This document shows, one piece after another, positions 61,031 to 62,471 of a DNA stretch of 62,471 bases (the stretch's first letter is position 1; each line of letters begins with the position of its first letter). The stretch lies in contig NC_057752.1 of the NCBI RefSeq assembly GCF_004010195.1, positions 13,692,104 to 13,754,574 of the forward strand, given 5' to 3'. The translations under genes were made by a program, and so were the position numbers. The stretch is from Chiloscyllium plagiosum (Eukaryota). The notes beneath the pieces were generated by a model. That model worked only from the letters and a program-made list of their open reading frames with translations. It did no database searches and was not told the origin of the DNA.

Positions 61031-61934
61031 GGCAACAAAAAAGCATCTGCCATAGGTGGAGACCAATCACTGAAAATATTTCTGTGTGAGCTTGACAAAA
61101 TCTACCTTCTGACTTGCCTGCTTCCTCCATTTTGTATTTCACAGCCGGTCGCCACTGAGTCAAACCAGTAGAGCTGGTCAGATGTACTCTTGAGCTGAAA
61201 TACCTCTTTTCTTCTGTCTCTCGGGTCCTCGATTAGTAGAAACACCTCTGATTCAGTAAAAAAAAAGATGGTTGCATCATAGAAGGAGACAATTCAGTGT
61301 GTATGCTGGCTGTCCCCATGCCGAAGCCATTCTCTCCAGACACAATTCTGTTCGTTTCTGGAAAGTGATTGGCTGAAACAGTATCCCCCAATTTCCCAGG
61401 CACTGCAGTCCAGATCCTGACGGCATGCTGAGTTCAAAATCATATTTCCCTCCTGTTGCCTTTTCATCAACCACTTCTGGTGCTCTGCCTCCACCAATAG
61501 GGGGCAGTCTCTGCGGATCTGCTATGTCCAGGCTCATCATGGTTCAGCTGGCGTCCATCCCAGCTCCTCTTGGAGGGAAACAACCCCAGCTTCTCACTTC
61601 CCCCTCCGTTGCGAGAGGCTCTTCGAAGGCTGACTTTCCCTTTGGCGGTTGAAGTTCCACGGCAACAACTTGCCTTGACACGATGGAGTAAAATCTCCCA
61701 TGGCGCAGCAATTGGTGAAACAAACTTTGGCATTGAGCCACGGAAAGGGTTTGGGAGAAAGAGCCGAAGTGATGAAAGGGAAGTGCTTTGTTCCAGAACA
61801 CCGGAGACGTGAACAGAATGGGAGCGAATCATTCAAGAGTCAAGCATTGATCACTTCCCCCTCCATTCTCCCGCAACAAAAATCTTCCGTTGAACTGACA
61901 CACCCAGTGGAAGTGTTGATAAGGTTGGGAATGG

Positions 61935-62471
61935 TCGCGAAGCTTAGAGGCCAAGGGATCCAAGCAAAGTTGCCAAATTGGTTCCAGAATTGGCCACATG
62001 GTGACGGTCAGGAGTTTTTTTATTTTCCAACCCTGTAATCAATTTGGTTCCACAGGGTTTGGTGTTGGGGCTCTTGCTATTTGTGTTTTATGGAAATGAT
62101 TTAAATGTTGGGAGGCCATGTTGCGGCTGTACAGGACATTGGTTCGGCCACTTTTGGTATACTGCATTCAATTCTGGTCTTCTTCCTGTCGGAAGGATGT
62201 TGTGAAACTTGACAGGGTTCAGAAAAGATTTACAAGGATGTTGCCAGGGTTGGAGGGTTTGAGCTACAGGGAGAGGCTGAACAGGCTGGGGCTGTTTTCC
62301 CTGGAGCTGAGGCTGAGCGGTGACCTCATAGAGGTTTATAAAATCATGAGGGGCATGGATAGGGTAAATAGACAAGGTCTTTTCCCTGGGGTGGGGGAAT
62401 CCAGAACTAGAGGGCATAGGTTTAGGGTGAGAGGGGAAAGATATAAAAGAGACCTAAGGGGCAACGTTTCA
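61935..62471 (+). mobile_element. CR1/HER1 fragments running off the window end
   Basis: MLRLYRTLVRPLL...QFWS...RFTRMLPGLEGLSYRERLNRLGLFSLE. Confidence 0.9.

Noticed and set aside
61544..61546. In-frame TGA as a selenocysteine codon
   Set aside because: No selenoprotein-like motif and no SECIS identified by eye.

Overview
Repeat-dense, gapped (4 N-runs) eukaryotic genomic DNA. The SINE/LINE content (HE1 V-SINEs, SacSINE1-like Deu-SINEs, HER1/CR1 LINEs) marks it as elasmobranch, probably a carpet/bamboo shark (inference). I recognise no intact host protein-coding gene; the region looks intronic or intergenic. Nearly all ORFs are decayed transposon fragments: CR1 LINEs (one near full length, 16015-20430), a second CR1/L2-type LINE sharing its tail with the Deu-SINE, Rex1/Babar, Tx1, a decayed Gypsy element, solo LTRs, a pogo/Tigger-type MITE and many Penelope-like (PLE) fragments. 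Main observations: (1) four sequence families of PLE terminal repeat carry minimal hammerhead-ribozyme motifs, and many copies are short, often palindromic, TSD-flanked inserts inside other elements; (2) a 53-bp internal unit of the HE1 SINE has expanded into a >1 kb minisatellite, with intermediate stages elsewhere in the window; (3) nested and templated-insertion structures; (4) a few orphan exon candidates in unique sequence. Family names come from recognition of sequence, not database searches, and most element boundaries are approximate.
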